This document shows positions 25,397 through 38,289 of a stretch of 64,000 bases of DNA, in pieces. Numbering within the stretch: the stretch's first letter is position 1; the number at the start of each line of letters is the position of its first letter. Source of the DNA: Oculina patagonica (lineage: Eukaryota). The notes beneath the pieces are model-generated. The model was not told the DNA's origin and ran no database searches. It saw only the letters and a program-made list of their open reading frames with translations. Location of the stretch: the NCBI RefSeq assembly GCF_052425735.1, contig NC_135766.1:12896001-12960000 (forward strand). The letters run 5' to 3'. A program made the position numbers and the translations under genes.

Positions 25397-27201
25397 CTTA
25401 CAAGAAGAATAAGATCTGCAAGGCTATTATATGCAGTGCCAGGGCCAAACTCTCATTCGACACCTTTGAGCGGTGTACAAAGTCTGTCATGTGACTGTCT
25501 GGTCATCCAAGTTCACTTTCCATTAATCTAACTATCATCTTTGATTAAGAGACACCCTGGTGTTGGATATTAACGAATAGGAGTCATGGTATTCCTGTGG
25601 TTTAATAATTATGTTCGTGTCCTAGAAAATGGTATAATATGTACTGTGTGGTGTAATAAACTCACCCAGAAGAAATTTGTACCCTGGGCTGTGTTATACT
25701 TGTGGGGAAAATGTTCCATGTATTTTGTTGTAGGTATGATGTGATAATGTAACTGGGATGGTACCTGTATAGTATGCTGAATGCCCCATGTAATATATTT
25801 AGACTACTGTTACATAACCGAAAGTTGTGTTAAGTTATTGCACCATATGTACCCAGGATGCTTAGCGAATAAAGTGTTGTGTTGTTCAGCCATATTGAAG
25901 CTGTGTTGTTTAGAAGCTATCTTTAGTATTCTTTACTGATATGCCACACCCCATATACAGTGAATATCCCTGGCAGGGTATACCTTCAGCTTGGGGTGTG
26001 GTATACCTACAATGTACCATTGGATTAGGTATTTGTTCTGGGGTATGTTGTTTACATTTTTAAACCTGTGGGAGTTGCCATAGTATGTTTAGGGTCTATG
26101 TTGAGTTATCCTGAAAGAGAATAGACCAGTTGCAGTTTGTATGTGGCTATGACCATGACAAAGTGTCCGCTAACCAGAGGTGTCCACACACGGGAGGTGT
26201 CCATTAGTGCAGTTTTTACTGTATAACAAACACCTTTAAGTTGATCAGTCTGTAACCTTATATGACGTACATTTTGTATTTTTAGAATCTCAAAATGAGT
26301 CAAACTGCTTTAACAAATATTAAAAATCCAAGTCACCAAGATCTCAGGTAAGTTCTGGTCACAAGAGTTATGCACACTCAAAAATAGCAATTCTATCTAC
26401 CATGGCAGTGATTTCCCATAAACAGTTTAGAAAAAAATTCTAAAGATCAAAAATTTCTTCTAGATATTGTGTAAACATAGATCTCAGCCAGTTAAAACAT
26501 CCAGTACAAACATTACAACACATACAGCTGTACTAGGGAAATTAGAACAGTAAATGAAGTAATAAGCAATATTACAAACAAGCCAAGCTAATCGGCAGGC
26601 CGAGCACAACTTTACAGCATTTGCTATAATTGCTGACCACAATTGAAAGGCATTGAAATAATCTTTTAAACTTGATTAAATCTAAAACTACTCCACTGTA
26701 ATTACTTTTTAGGTGCGGGAATGAATTTGTTCTCCTTTGGTACATGCTTTTCACCTTAACTCATGTGAAATTTATAAAAAGGGGTAAAGGGCTGATAATT
26801 TTGCTTCCGTTGGGGAACAGTGTTAAGGTATGAACTTTTTATTTAGAGTAAGATGAAAATAAACATTCATGTAGTTCTGTTTGTTACCTTGTAATTAATA
26901 TGAAACTAACGTACGTCCCTGTGGTCAGTAGCATGCTAAAATATATAGAAAAAAAAACTTACTGCGTTCTCAAGCTTACGGGACTACCTTGAATGTGCAA
27001 TTTTTTCTTATGTCTGTCTTAAAAAGAAAAAGGCACTTCACCTTACATGTCTTTTAGTGGTTTAAGGTGGATCGATTATCAGAAGTAGAACTATCTTAAT
27101 TCCATCATGTTCAACAATAAATGTAAAAAGAAAACGAAATATGATTTTCTTCCTTCACTTAGGTACAGTTGGAGGTCTAAACCTTTCCACATTGGATAAA
27201 G

Positions 27202-30200
27202 ATGGCAGCTGCTGCACCTTCACCCCTGGCCAGCTCTGTAGAGAAAACAAATGGAGCCAAGCTCAGCAGACTTCTTATTGATGGTGGAACAACGGTTCTG
27301 AGGAATGTTTTTGATAGTTATCATCCTCCTGCAAACCTGGCTGCTGATCTCAATGCAAACTATCTTTCTCTAAACAATCTCTTAAGGAGAAGAGCCTTGC
27401 GTACAGCTCAGTGGGACCAACTGTTCCCACCTGGTGGAGCTGCACCAGACTCCAACACATTCGATATAACTCTTTTATTCGTCCTTTTGACCAACATTTG
27501 TGGTCTTTACCCTCATCCATTAGGATGGCACAATTTCCCACTCCCAAGTGACACATCTCTTGAGGCAAACCTTTGTCGCATTAAGTTTTTCCGAAATGAG
27601 TTGTATGGTCATTTATCGACCACTGGTGTTGATACACCAACTTTCTCTTCTTTGTGGCAGGACGTTAGTGCCGTTCTTGTTGCTCTTGGTTTGAATCAGG
27701 CAGAAATTGATAGATTGAAGGCAGAACATGGTGGGGAGGAAGATTATCTTGACGCGTTACTTGACTGGGCTGATAGTGAAGAGGATATCAAATCACAGCT
27801 GAAGGATATACGTCAATGTCAGACTGAAACACAACAAAGGATTGCAGAGGTACGTCAGACTCAACTTCAAGAACTTAAAACACTTGAGGATAGCCAGTCA
27901 AAACTGCAAGAATTACATCAAATCCAGATCACGACACAACAAACTGTAGAGGAAGTACGTCAGACCCAGCTAGAAGTTCATAAAGCGCTTCAGGATAACA
28001 AGTCAAAACTGGATGAAGTACATCAAACCGATAGTAACATAGAAGGAACTGTTGAGAGAGTACATCAGACGCAACTAGAAGACCGTGAAACAATCCAGGA
28101 AAACAAGTCAAAGCTGGAAGAAGTACATCAGACCCAGACCAAAACACAAGAAACTGTCCAAGCTGTAGCAAAAACCCAAGAGGAACATTTTGAAGCTGTT
28201 GAAACAGGTCTCCAGGAAATAAAGCAAGCAGTTGGTAGCTTGAAAGGAAGAAAAGGCACTGAAAGCCAAGCAGATAAAGTTCTACGGAAACTTGCCAAGT
28301 CTGAGTTCAAAGGAGACATTGAGTATCACGTGGGACGATTTCAAGAAGGCACACGTGAGTGGGTGTTTAACAAAGTTCAAAACTGGTTAGATGACAGAAA
28401 CTCTCAAAACCGCGTGATGGTGATCAGCGCCAATGCCGGAATGGGAAAGTCAGTAATTTCTGCCGTCACATGCAAAATAATGCAAGAAGCTGGAAGACTG
28501 TCAGGAAGCCACTTTTGTCAGCATAATAACGCACGTTACCGAAATCCTCAGCTGATGCTTCAGTCCTTGGCCTATCGCTTGTGTCATGCCCTGCCAGAGT
28601 ACAAGGAAGTCCTTCTGGAACAGCTTTCAGGAAATCTGGGTGAAGATCTTAACAACATGGGTGTGGAGGAGCTGTTTGCTTTGCTGTTTAAAGAACCTCT
28701 AAACACTGTAGCTGATCCTGGAAGAAACCTGCTCATGGTGATAGATGGTCTTGACGAAAGTGAATACCAAGAACGGAATGAGCTGCTTGATGTAATTGCT
28801 AACCACTTTTGTAAGCTTCCATGTTGGATTCGATTTCTATGTACGACCCGACCAGAGAGAAACATCGCCGAGGCATTAAAACAGTTGAAGCCGTTTCAGC
28901 TGGAATCAAGCGATGAAAAGAATGTGGAAGACATCAAACGCTTCTTCCAGAAGAGGACGGAACATCTAATCCAAACAGAAAATAAAGGTGCCATTGTGGA
29001 AAAGCTTATAGAGAAGTCTGAAGGACTCATGCTGTACGCATACTTTCTTGTGTCATTTCTCGACGAGAATGTAGCAATTTTGGAAAAAGGAGATCTTGAT
29101 CGCAACTTACCATTGGCAATTTCGTCAGTCTACCATTCCTATTTCAAACGTCTAGAAAATGAACTAAGGAAGGAACTAGGCGTCAAGGAAGAGAATTTTC
29201 TGAATCTGTTAAGTGCTGTTACCGCATCAAGAGAGCCCTTGCCGATTGGCTTAGTTTCTAAAGTTTTGTTACCTTGTGCAAACTCACCAGTTACAAGGCG
29301 TAAAGTACTAAAAGCTATTAGTAGTGTGTCATCCCTTCTTCCCATTCGCGATGGCAGTGTACATGTCATTCACAAGTCAGTTAAAGACTGGTTGACAGAC
29401 ACATCATGTTATGGAGAGCATGTTTTTACCTTGGACGAGAAGGAAGGCCACCGCATTCTTGCAAACCTCTGTGCTGATGAACTTGATGACCTGAAACTCA
29501 AAGGTGAACGTGAACCAGTGCTTAGCTCTACTGAGAAGTATGCGCTACATCATGGTGCACCACACATGTTGCAGTTAGAGGAAGATATGAGACCAGGTGG
29601 ATGTAGCCTGGAGGAGTGTGTACAAAGATATGTGATGGACTTAGAGCTTGTGTATGCAAAGCTCTTTGTAAGCACCTCGTTACCAGCTGAAGACATCTTA
29701 TGGCTTCAAAGGCAGGAAATCTCTCAGGGGCTGTCTGAAGATAGTAAAGGTTTGTTGAACACCTTAATGTTCCTGTTACGAGAGTACCACAACACTTTTG
29801 CAAAACATCCTCATGTGTTTTTCGAAACCGTGCTGAATGAGGGAGGAACAGTGCTATCTTCTATGGCATCGAGCCTGTTGCAAAACAAATATCCAGAAAT
29901 ACCGTATATGGAATTTGTGCACAAGGAGATGCAGCGGGGTGCTGTTCTATCTCGATTTCAATGTTCGTCTAAAGTGGCTTGTTTTGATGTTTCACCGCAG
30001 ATGGACTACATGGTGTGTGAATGTGACGAGGGAATGATTCAGATGTGGTCACTCCATACCGGCAAGCTTGTATGGGAACGTCCAGTGTTGGAAAAGAAAC
30101 TTCACTACGGGAATGGAGCTTACAGAATATCACCTTCTGCTTCACATGCCTTATTATTTTACCGCTCAGTCGTTTTCCACCCCACTGATGAAGTGGTGTT

Positions 30201-31766
30201 ACCAGGAGTCCTTAGCCATGCCTATAGTTTTGATGGAGACTTGAAACCACTGTTTCCCCAAAGTAGCTGCAAATTCACAGTTTGCTCGGTTTCAGGAGAC
30301 AAGACCACAATGCTAACTGATTGCCCCAACAATGCAAAATGCATTGTTATGTGGAGTCTGAAGAATGGTTCCGAGATTACTCGTACCACAAGAAGTGAAG
30401 ATGTTTTATCTTTTGCTTGGTCACGAGATGGGAAGCTGCTGGCAATTTCTCATTCCACAGGTTCCATTTCTATCGTCGATGTGTTGGATGGTTTTAGAAC
30501 ACTGACAGAAAATAACATCCAAGAAAGTTGTGGAATGATAAAGTTCTCACCTGACTGTCGATCTCTTTGGTGCTTTGGTGGAGTACATTTGCTAAATCAT
30601 TTTTTTTGTTTGAATATCAATATGGCGGAACATCCGAATTGTGCATTAGATGTTAGTAATTCCTATGGTAAATCCTATGTGCCCTGGGAATTTGAATCAC
30701 GTAGTGAGGCTGGATTTTTGTTAGGAGATCCTATTTCATCTGTGAATGTGAAATCTTGTTTTGTGTTAAATGAGGAAACAGTATTGAGAGGTTCTCCTGG
30801 TGATACTTTCGTAGACATGTTGCATATTCATAAACTACGAAAAAGTGGAGGAAAACTTACATTTGATAGCATCAAAGAAATTGCATTGTCTTTGAGTGGT
30901 GAGACCGTTTATGCTTTTGGCGATGCCCTGAAACCAAACGTCAGGGCTTGGGATGTTTCAAGTGGAGAGCTCGTTGGGCAGCTTACTCTAAACACAACTT
31001 GCCTTGTTAAGAATTGCCTTGTAGCTGTGAAAGAAGGTGTTTTATTAACAACAGGAACTGGTACTCTTGAGATGTGGGACTTTATATTGTCTGAGTGTGT
31101 CCAAAAATGGACCATAGAATACGCAGTCAGAAAGATCATCCCCATATCAGATGAACGAGTGGCGTGTGAGGCAAAATGGGGAAATGAGAACAAAGTGATC
31201 ATATTGGATACAACAAGCGGAGAAATCATGTCGACAATCCCATCTGGTCACAGGATGCTGGTTGCATGTAACAGTAAGTGTCAGCTGTTAACCGGCAGAA
31301 GTTTCTCTTCACTTGTGTTGTCGGATGGCAAAACCACTCTATGGAAAACCAATCTAAGCGATGTAAATACATATGATTTAATTATAGTTCTATTTGGGGT
31401 GTTTTCTCTTGCAGAACAGTTTGTTGTAGTTTCCATAAGAGGCAAAATAACGCCCCCAACATTGCTTGTCCTCAGTGCAGTTTCCGGCGAAACACTACAC
31501 ATGTTATATAGAGGCGAGCAGTTTCGGGATTGTAAATTTGTTAGTGAAGAGGATTGTGTTATCAGCTCGGGAGAATATTGTCTTCGACTGTTTAACGTCA
31601 AATCTGGAGACCTGCTGAGTGTAATGTATCTGGAAAATAAGGTTACTTGTTTAGCAGCCTGTCCTCGTAAGCATGGCCTTGCCGTTGGCCAAAGTGACCG
31701 AAAACACGGATTCAAATTTATCCAGGTGCAGCTACCGCAAGATAAAGACAGCAGGAAGAACAAATG
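27202..31766 (+). CDS. NLR-like STAND protein, paralog 1, main coding exon (HEPN - coiled coil - NACHT - WD40)
   Basis: DZIP3/hRUL138-type HEPN (FDITLL...RNELYGH), 35-aa repeats, Walker A ANAGMGKS, Walker B VIDGLDE, TTRPE, HKSVKDWL and WD-like blades. An acceptor AG is at 27161-27162. The ORF's TGA lies within a GTGAGT donor at 31767. Confidence 0.93.
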
Positions 31767-32923
31767 GTGAGTCATTACGAAAATTTTCAAAAAAATCACA
31801 AGTCAATGTTTATAAGAGATGAACATCTTATTCTTAAAATGATATTCGGAATAGCGGTGTATTGCAATGGAGAAATGCGCATCAATGCTCGCTACAACAT
31901 TGAAAACAGACAGAATTAGTATGGTTTACTTCAAGCTTGTGTGAAAACCACAAGTTGCCATTTGAAGGCAATGATACAGCCTTTAGGTAGATACCAATAG
32001 AACCTATAAGAATCCTGTGGTGTTTTATTACTCCAATTGATCAAAGTAGAATATATACATATCTTGTTAGACATTTTTTCGACTTTTTTTGCTTGTTTAC
32101 AAGCAAAAAGAAGTAGAATAGCAGTTATGTGGGGTAAAATCTGGAACCGGAAGGAATCGCATTCTTGTTAACTCTCAAGGGACTGTTTTAATTTCTCAAG
32201 GGAATACTTTCCGCTGTGGGTGATCAAAGCGCGTGACTTGTAAAGTGTCACTCTATAGTTGTGCTTCAGCACTTCCGTTCTTGTAGAAAAAACGTGACTT
32301 GTCAAATTTACAAACGTTATATAACAATCAAAAACGTGAGTAGCCCAAATCTTACGTCACATAACCAATTAAGAATGTAAGGGGTTCAGCGCTCGAAGAC
32401 AGCGAAGTAAGAACGCAATTTGTACTGGTAAAAGTCTTTAGGCGCCAATATTAATTTAACCTAAAACGATTAACAACGCAAATTTGCACTGGTTCAAGTC
32501 CTTCACACACTGAAACGTTGCTAATAGTTAACCAAAGGGAACTCATTTCGTGACAATTGATTATTTCTGCTGAATTGCACAATTTAGAATTGCAACATCA
32601 TTAAATGTGTTAAGTGATATTTACAAGTGTTTTGTAGCCTGTTGTGAAATTACTTCCGGTGGAAGCAGTCAGTAAAGACCAGTAAACGCTAAACGTTTTT
32701 GCTTCTGTTCAGAAGTTAATGCATCGCCATTAGAAAAATAAACAGCAACTGTTTTACTAGAAATGTAGTCGTTAGAAATGGCATGTGTAGCCGTAAGGTA
32801 AAGAATAACGCGAGGAAGCGGCTTTTGGTAATATCCAACTGAAAATTTACTGTGTGGGGTTAAGATTGCGTGACGAGACAAAAGGTAACTCTGTCGTGCG
32901 TAACCTTTATCGGGAACCCTGCA

Positions 32924-34083
32924 TTAATAATGATGATAACAATAATGATAATGCATTTATATAGCGCATTTTCATATGTGTATGTTCAAATGCGCTTTAC
33001 ACATATTGGTTGAGGTCACACTTAGACTTTTCCTGTGGTTCTTTTACTATAGTAAAAAAAAAGGAAACAAAAGTTAACTATGGTAAACTGTGCTTGTTGA
33101 CTTTTACATTTCCCAGATGGCTTCTTGTCCAAATGTTGTCAATCAAACTGCAATTTGATGACTAAAACAAATATGTTCAGACATTCCACTTTCACTCGCG
33201 TGACTGTACTTTCATCTGGAAAAAAATCTTTTTTGCATGTCGCCTGCGTGCAGTGAGCCATGGATTCAGAACGCGTGGTCCTTACGATTATTGCTCTTCT
33301 TCTATTAATCGCTGTTATCCGGAAAGCTCAGAGATTCAGATTTAGTGTCCTGAACATGTATTTTCTTCTGAACAGACGACGACACGACTAACCGTCCTAA
33401 CCCACTGCTCTCCTCGCAAGGCGAATGCTGAGAAGACAAGCTTCTCAAGGGGAAGAAGAGCGGCGTGCATTTTTCAGCGACTTTCCTAGGACAACTGAAA
33501 TAAAAGGTCTAGCGTTGCTTCTGTGTTGATCCGAACACAAGAATATAAAAGCACAAGAATGAAAATGGCGCAACCATTTCACGGTTCCGGAGCTTTGAGA
33601 CCTTTCATGTCAAAACTTAGACAGCTGCAGTCCATTACTTAAATAAACAAAGTTTAGATAAACGCGCGATAAACCATGCCTTTTCAGGTCGTTTTACTAT
33701 AGTTAACTTCGCTTTCATCCTGCCGCCGTTGCTATCGCGACAGACTACGATTACATTTACCATAGTAAACTGAAAAAAGTCGGTCACATTCAAATTGGCT
33801 TAACTATAGTAAACTTAACTTTACTATAGTAAAAAGAGCACTAGTGTGACCTCAACCATTGTAATTTAAGATTCAATTGTAAAGGCCAGACCACAACACC
33901 GTACCGGGAGCTTCGTGCCGTACTCTTCGTGCCCTACTCTACCGCTACTCTTCGTGCCCTACTCTTTAACGTCCCCTGTAATAAGACTGAAGATACAGGA
34001 GACGGGACCTACGGTTTATCGTCCTTTTTCCGAGAAGACTAGAATGTCTTACCTTTTGCAAATGTAATTACAAAGGCAGCACA

Positions 34084-34124
<41 letters not shown>

Positions 34125-34193
34125 TGGGGTTCGAACCCACGACCTCCCGCACAGCAGTCCTGCGCTCTACCAACTGAGCTAACCAGGCGGCGG
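32924..34193 (-). mobile_element. tRNA-derived SINE interrupted by a MITE
   Basis: Head with A box TAGCTCAGTTGG and B box GGTTCGAACCC (34193-34125). LINE-like tail GTAAAGCGC...GCGCTATATAAAT plus ATT-rich repeats at ~33000-32924. Confidence 0.8.
33008..33857. mobile_element. PIF/Harbinger-like non-autonomous element
   Basis: 15-bp TIR GGTTGAGGTCACACT/AGTGTGACCTCAACC, 3-bp TSD ATT and subterminal TTACTATAGTAA repeats. Confidence 0.75.
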
Positions 34194-35149
34194 TTTTAAA
34201 GCCGAGTAGAAATCTTTCTAACTCGGAAGGAAACAACTATTTCGATTAAAGGCAAACGTCAAAGTTTACCATTTTTAACCAAGCCAAAGTATATGAGTCG
34301 CAAAGCACCCAGCCGCCGCGACTGACAAATACAGCATTTCCTCCGCGAAAATAAAAAAAATGCTTGAACTGAAAGACGTGTGAATTCTTCCATGATATGT
34401 TCGAACAACAATGCCCAGGATAAACCTTCTACTCATACATACTTTTTAGCAACTTTTTTTATTAGTCGTAAGATTGTAAGCATTTTTGTAACTTTTTTAC
34501 TATTTTTATATTTATTTTTTTTTTAAATAGTGTTTTTAAAATTTTTAACGTTTAACCTCTGTAAAGCGCTTTTGAACTTTTAGGATATTGGTGCTATATA
34601 AATATTTTATTATTATTTATTATTATTATTAAAAAAAGTCGATATCTCGAAGAGATCTTTGATTAGTGTGTAGTATCGCTGCACATTGTTACGAGTCATG
34701 CAGTACTTTGGCGAGCCCGAAGGGCGAGTCAAAATACAAATAACGACTAAAAATGTACAGCAATACTACACACTAAAATGTCTAATAAGAGATTTATTAT
34801 CCAACGTTTTCTTTCCCCCAAAATGCTGACTTGCCAAGTTTTCAATCATTCGCGCGGTCAGGGAAAATGAGACGAGTACAAATATCGTGAGATATTTGTA
34901 CTCGTTTCGCGCGTTGTTTGTACTCTACGAAGCAGAGTTGGTTTCGCGGCAAAATGTACAGCCGCCTTCCTTTTCCTTACGGTGGATTAAGATTACTCCT
35001 TATTTGGGTTTGATAAACAAATTAATAAATTCTTTACTTCGTTATCTGGTAAGAACGCTTGACATGTTTTGATTGTAAGTGGCATCCTATTTTCCTGAAG
35101 TATTTTCTCTGATTCCACCAAATGTTGGTTGTTGTTACTGGATATTAGG

Positions 35150-35449
35150 TAAAGGTAAAGTCTGCTTCGAGCCTAGTGGCCCATACAGGCCGGAGCTTAT
35201 CCCGGTTTCCGTAGCATTAAGCGACTAGGAGTATTGCTACTCCCCCCTGGATGGGATGCTAGTCCATCGCAGGGTTACCCCCCAGCAGTAAATTCGCCGG
35301 TACCCACTTATACACCTGGGTGGAGAGAGGCACTGTGAGAGTAAAGTGTCTTGCCCAAGAACACAACGCAGCGCCCCGTCCAGGCCTTGAACCCGGGCCG
35401 TTCGACTCGGAGGCGAGCGCGCTAACCATTAGGCCACCGCGCCTCCCAC
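35150..35449 (-). mobile_element. Full-length tRNA-derived SINE
   Basis: A box TGGCCTAATGG, B box GGTTCAAGGCC, central TTGGGCAAGACACTTTACTCTCAC block and (TTTACC)n tail. The 13-bp TSD ACTGGATATTAGG is at 35137 and 35450. Confidence 0.92.
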
Positions 35450-35764
35450 ACTGGATATTAGGACTAAAGGTTTTCTGTGTTACGATATCTTGTATACTGT
35501 AAATTAATTGAAAACAATGGGATGAAAAGCAGCATACCTCCAGTAGTAAAGAAGGGTCACATCAAATTGTTCAAATCCTTTGCTTACAGTATTTGTTCCT
35601 GGTAGTTCCTAGTTAGCCCGCTTTGTAAAACAGGGCCAACCTGTCAAATTACACATGTACCACTTGTTGAGATTCTTAACAAGTTCATGTTTTATTTGCT
35701 GTATACTTGTTTATTTTATAGTGTCCTGCATACATTAGACACTAAATAAAGTTATTTATTTCAG

Positions 35765-35858
35765 GGTGACTAGCACACCAGAGATAGAAGACAGAAGAGA
35801 AAACAAGAGGTCAGACATAAGCAGCAACGTTTCTAGACCTGAAGTGGGAAATTTTTAG
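35765..35858 (+). CDS. Predicted terminal coding exon A of paralog 1
   Basis: TTTATTTCAG acceptor. A phase-2 join to 31766 gives W-VTSTPEIEDRRENKRSDISSNVSRPEVGNF-stop. Confidence 0.6.
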
Positions 35859-37135
35859 CTGTATATCTGAGTATTTCTTTTTTTTCTTTTTGGTAACGCG
35901 TTTGGTTCAAACTTATCCAGCTACTACATTCGACTCTGCCATTGACAGTAGATAGAGTTGGTCGCTTAATTTGGGGAGGTTGGATTACAGGCCAGAGGTG
36001 GATAAAAATTATTGCTGGAGACAATTTGTTTTTGGAAATAACAAGGGTGTCATTAACCACATTCAGAAAGGAATCTGCGCTGTATACTGAAAACGTCAAC
36101 AGCCTTTTTTTTGTTATTAAAGGGACTGTGCCACGGCTAAGTTAATTTAGTGTTAAATTTTGTCAAATAATCGCTATGAAAGTAAATCTTTGCAAAGAAC
36201 TTTATTCTATGATTCTAAATGACAAAACCATAGCCTCATTGCAGCCAAATGTGTTTCCCGGGCGTTATAATTTCGAGTTACCTGCAGACAAGATTAACTT
36301 TAAAAACTGTTCAGCCGGACCCCCCGTCATGTATACTTCGAGTACCCCCCTGGGCATTATCCTAGGGTAAAAACTAAAATCTAAAAATACCGAGGCTATT
36401 CGTATTCAGAAAAAAATTAAAATTTGAAAGCCTAAGCAGGAATTTGTCCAAGCACGGACAAACCATCCACAGACTTGCGTGTTACTCAATTAAATGGTAT
36501 TTAAAAGTTTTTGCTGTACTTGCGCAATCAAGTAGTTAAACATTAACCGCCCGGTTTTAAGCTTTATGCTTTAGGCGTCTTGTTTGCGCTTTAAAATCTT
36601 GACGATGAGATTATATGAACGGCAAGTTAAATAGACGTAAAAAATCTCCACTAGGTTACATGCAATCATAAAGGCTTACTTTTTTAAAAATAAATTCTTT
36701 ATATAACAAATGTAAAAAACTTACCAACGAAAAGATTAGAGCCATGCGCTGAACAGCCCTTGCATATGTTGTCGTTTTATTATGTTGATGGGAATATTTT
36801 TTATACGGGAATGGTAAGAACACTTGACATACAATGTTTTGATTGTAAGCGGCATCCTATTTTCCTGAAGTGTTTATGAAAAACAATGGGATGAAAAGCA
36901 GCATAACTCCTGTAGTAAAGAAGGGTCACATCAAATTGTTCAAATCCTTCGCTTACAGTATTTGTTCTTGGTAGTTCCTAGTTAGCCCGCTTTGTAAAAC
37001 AGGGCCAACCTGTCAAATTACACATGTACCACTTGTTGAGATTCTTAACAAGTTTATGTTTTATTTGCCGTATATAATTGTTTATTTTATAGTGTCCTGC
37101 ATACATTAGACACTAAATAAAGTTATTTATTTCAG

Positions 37136-37208
37136 GGTGACTAGCACACCAGAGATGGAAGACAGAAGAGAAAACAAGAGGTTAGACATTAGCAGTAACG
37201 TTTGTTAG
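37136..37208 (+). CDS. Duplicated predicted terminal exon B
   Basis: Same acceptor and phase, giving W-VTSTPEMEDRRENKRLDISSNVC-stop. Confidence 0.45.
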
Positions 37209-38289
37209 ACCTGAAGTAGGAAGAGTTTAGCTGTATATTTGAGTATTTTTTTTCTTTTTTTGCTCGCAATGGTAACGCTTTCGGTTCAAACTAACGCAGA
37301 TACTACATTCAACTCTGCCATTATTGACAGTCGATAGAGTTGGTCGTTTTAAAAAAATTAGGGGGGGTTCGACTACAGGCCAGAGGTGGATACTGAATGA
37401 CCGCTGGACACATTTTTTTGGAAAAAAAACAAGGGTGTCATCGCGTGATAACCTTCAGAAAATAAAAATATGTCATCATTTAAATAACAATTGATTGCTT
37501 TTGTTCTTTTTCTATTCTTTTACCAAACTTTTTTTCGTAACGATATTCATATTGATTTTTTTTAAATATCGGTTTCTGCGTGTTTTGTATTTTTCAGCTG
37601 TTGCAGGTGTTTGCTTGTGTAGTAGCCAAATGATGCTGCTTTGCAAAGCAATTTGTAAGACGACTCTAATCAAGCAATGCTTCCTCTACATGAGTCTACA
37701 GAAAGAAGCTTGATCCACGAACGACGTGAAAACTCGAAACATGTATTTCCTTGTACAAATCGTGTTTATTTTTAGTGGCATTTTAGCGGTGTATATTGTA
37801 AACATTACTGTAGAGGGTATTGTGCAGCTGTATGAAGAACATACCTACGCAATGTCAAAGCAAGATTTAATCAAATGCATTTTTTTAGTGCGTGTACAAA
37901 GACGATATTTTATTATTCAAAATAATACATTCAATGAATCAATTAAGTTAGAGAACAATGTCGACTTTATTGTACAGAATGAACCATTAAATTTACCGTA
38001 ATTAGTTGTAAAGATATCGAGTTTAGAAAGCTGTCAAGATTTTCTTATACAGAATCAGATACAGTGAGAGAGCCGCTCAGTCGTGTAAGCTGTGGTTATT
38101 GCGTTACACAGAATATATTGGAATACTTTGGTTGCAGTTTCACTTTTTTTTTCCAGGAAAAATAATCGATAAGGTTATTGGTGCTTGCAAATCGTTTTTA
38201 TGATTTTAAATCAGTATTTTGTGTGTCGGTTTGTTTAATAGCCTTGATGTCGCCACAATTATTTAGTTTAGTTTGAGTAAACTGTTTAA

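Larger units (their letters stand above)
35048..37460 (+). repeat. Diverged tandem duplication of the last-exon region (~35048-36070 and ~36813-37460)
   Basis: Shared blocks GGCATCCTATTTTCCTGAAGT and AAACAATGGGATGAAAAGCAGCATA...TTTCAGGGTGACTAGCACACC. Copy 1 has ~0.4 kb extra that includes a SINE. Confidence 0.9.

Noticed and set aside
27202-31770. Bacterial Avs-type defence operon or contamination
   Set aside because: Splice signals, SINEs and LTR elements, and the absence of operon structure, indicate an animal locus.
27350-31799. Short antisense or overlapping ORFs within the STAND genes, gag-pol and the Penelope ORF
   Set aside because: These are shadow ORFs of long coding regions with no independent evidence.
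34120-34193. tRNA gene (also 35375-35449)
   Set aside because: A and B boxes are present, but there is no proper acceptor stem and the sequence continues into SINE bodies and tails.
34650-35030. Possible Crypton-like non-autonomous repeat (GCGAGCCCGAAGGGCGAG hairpin)
   Set aside because: No boundaries, TSD or coding remnant could be defined from this window.
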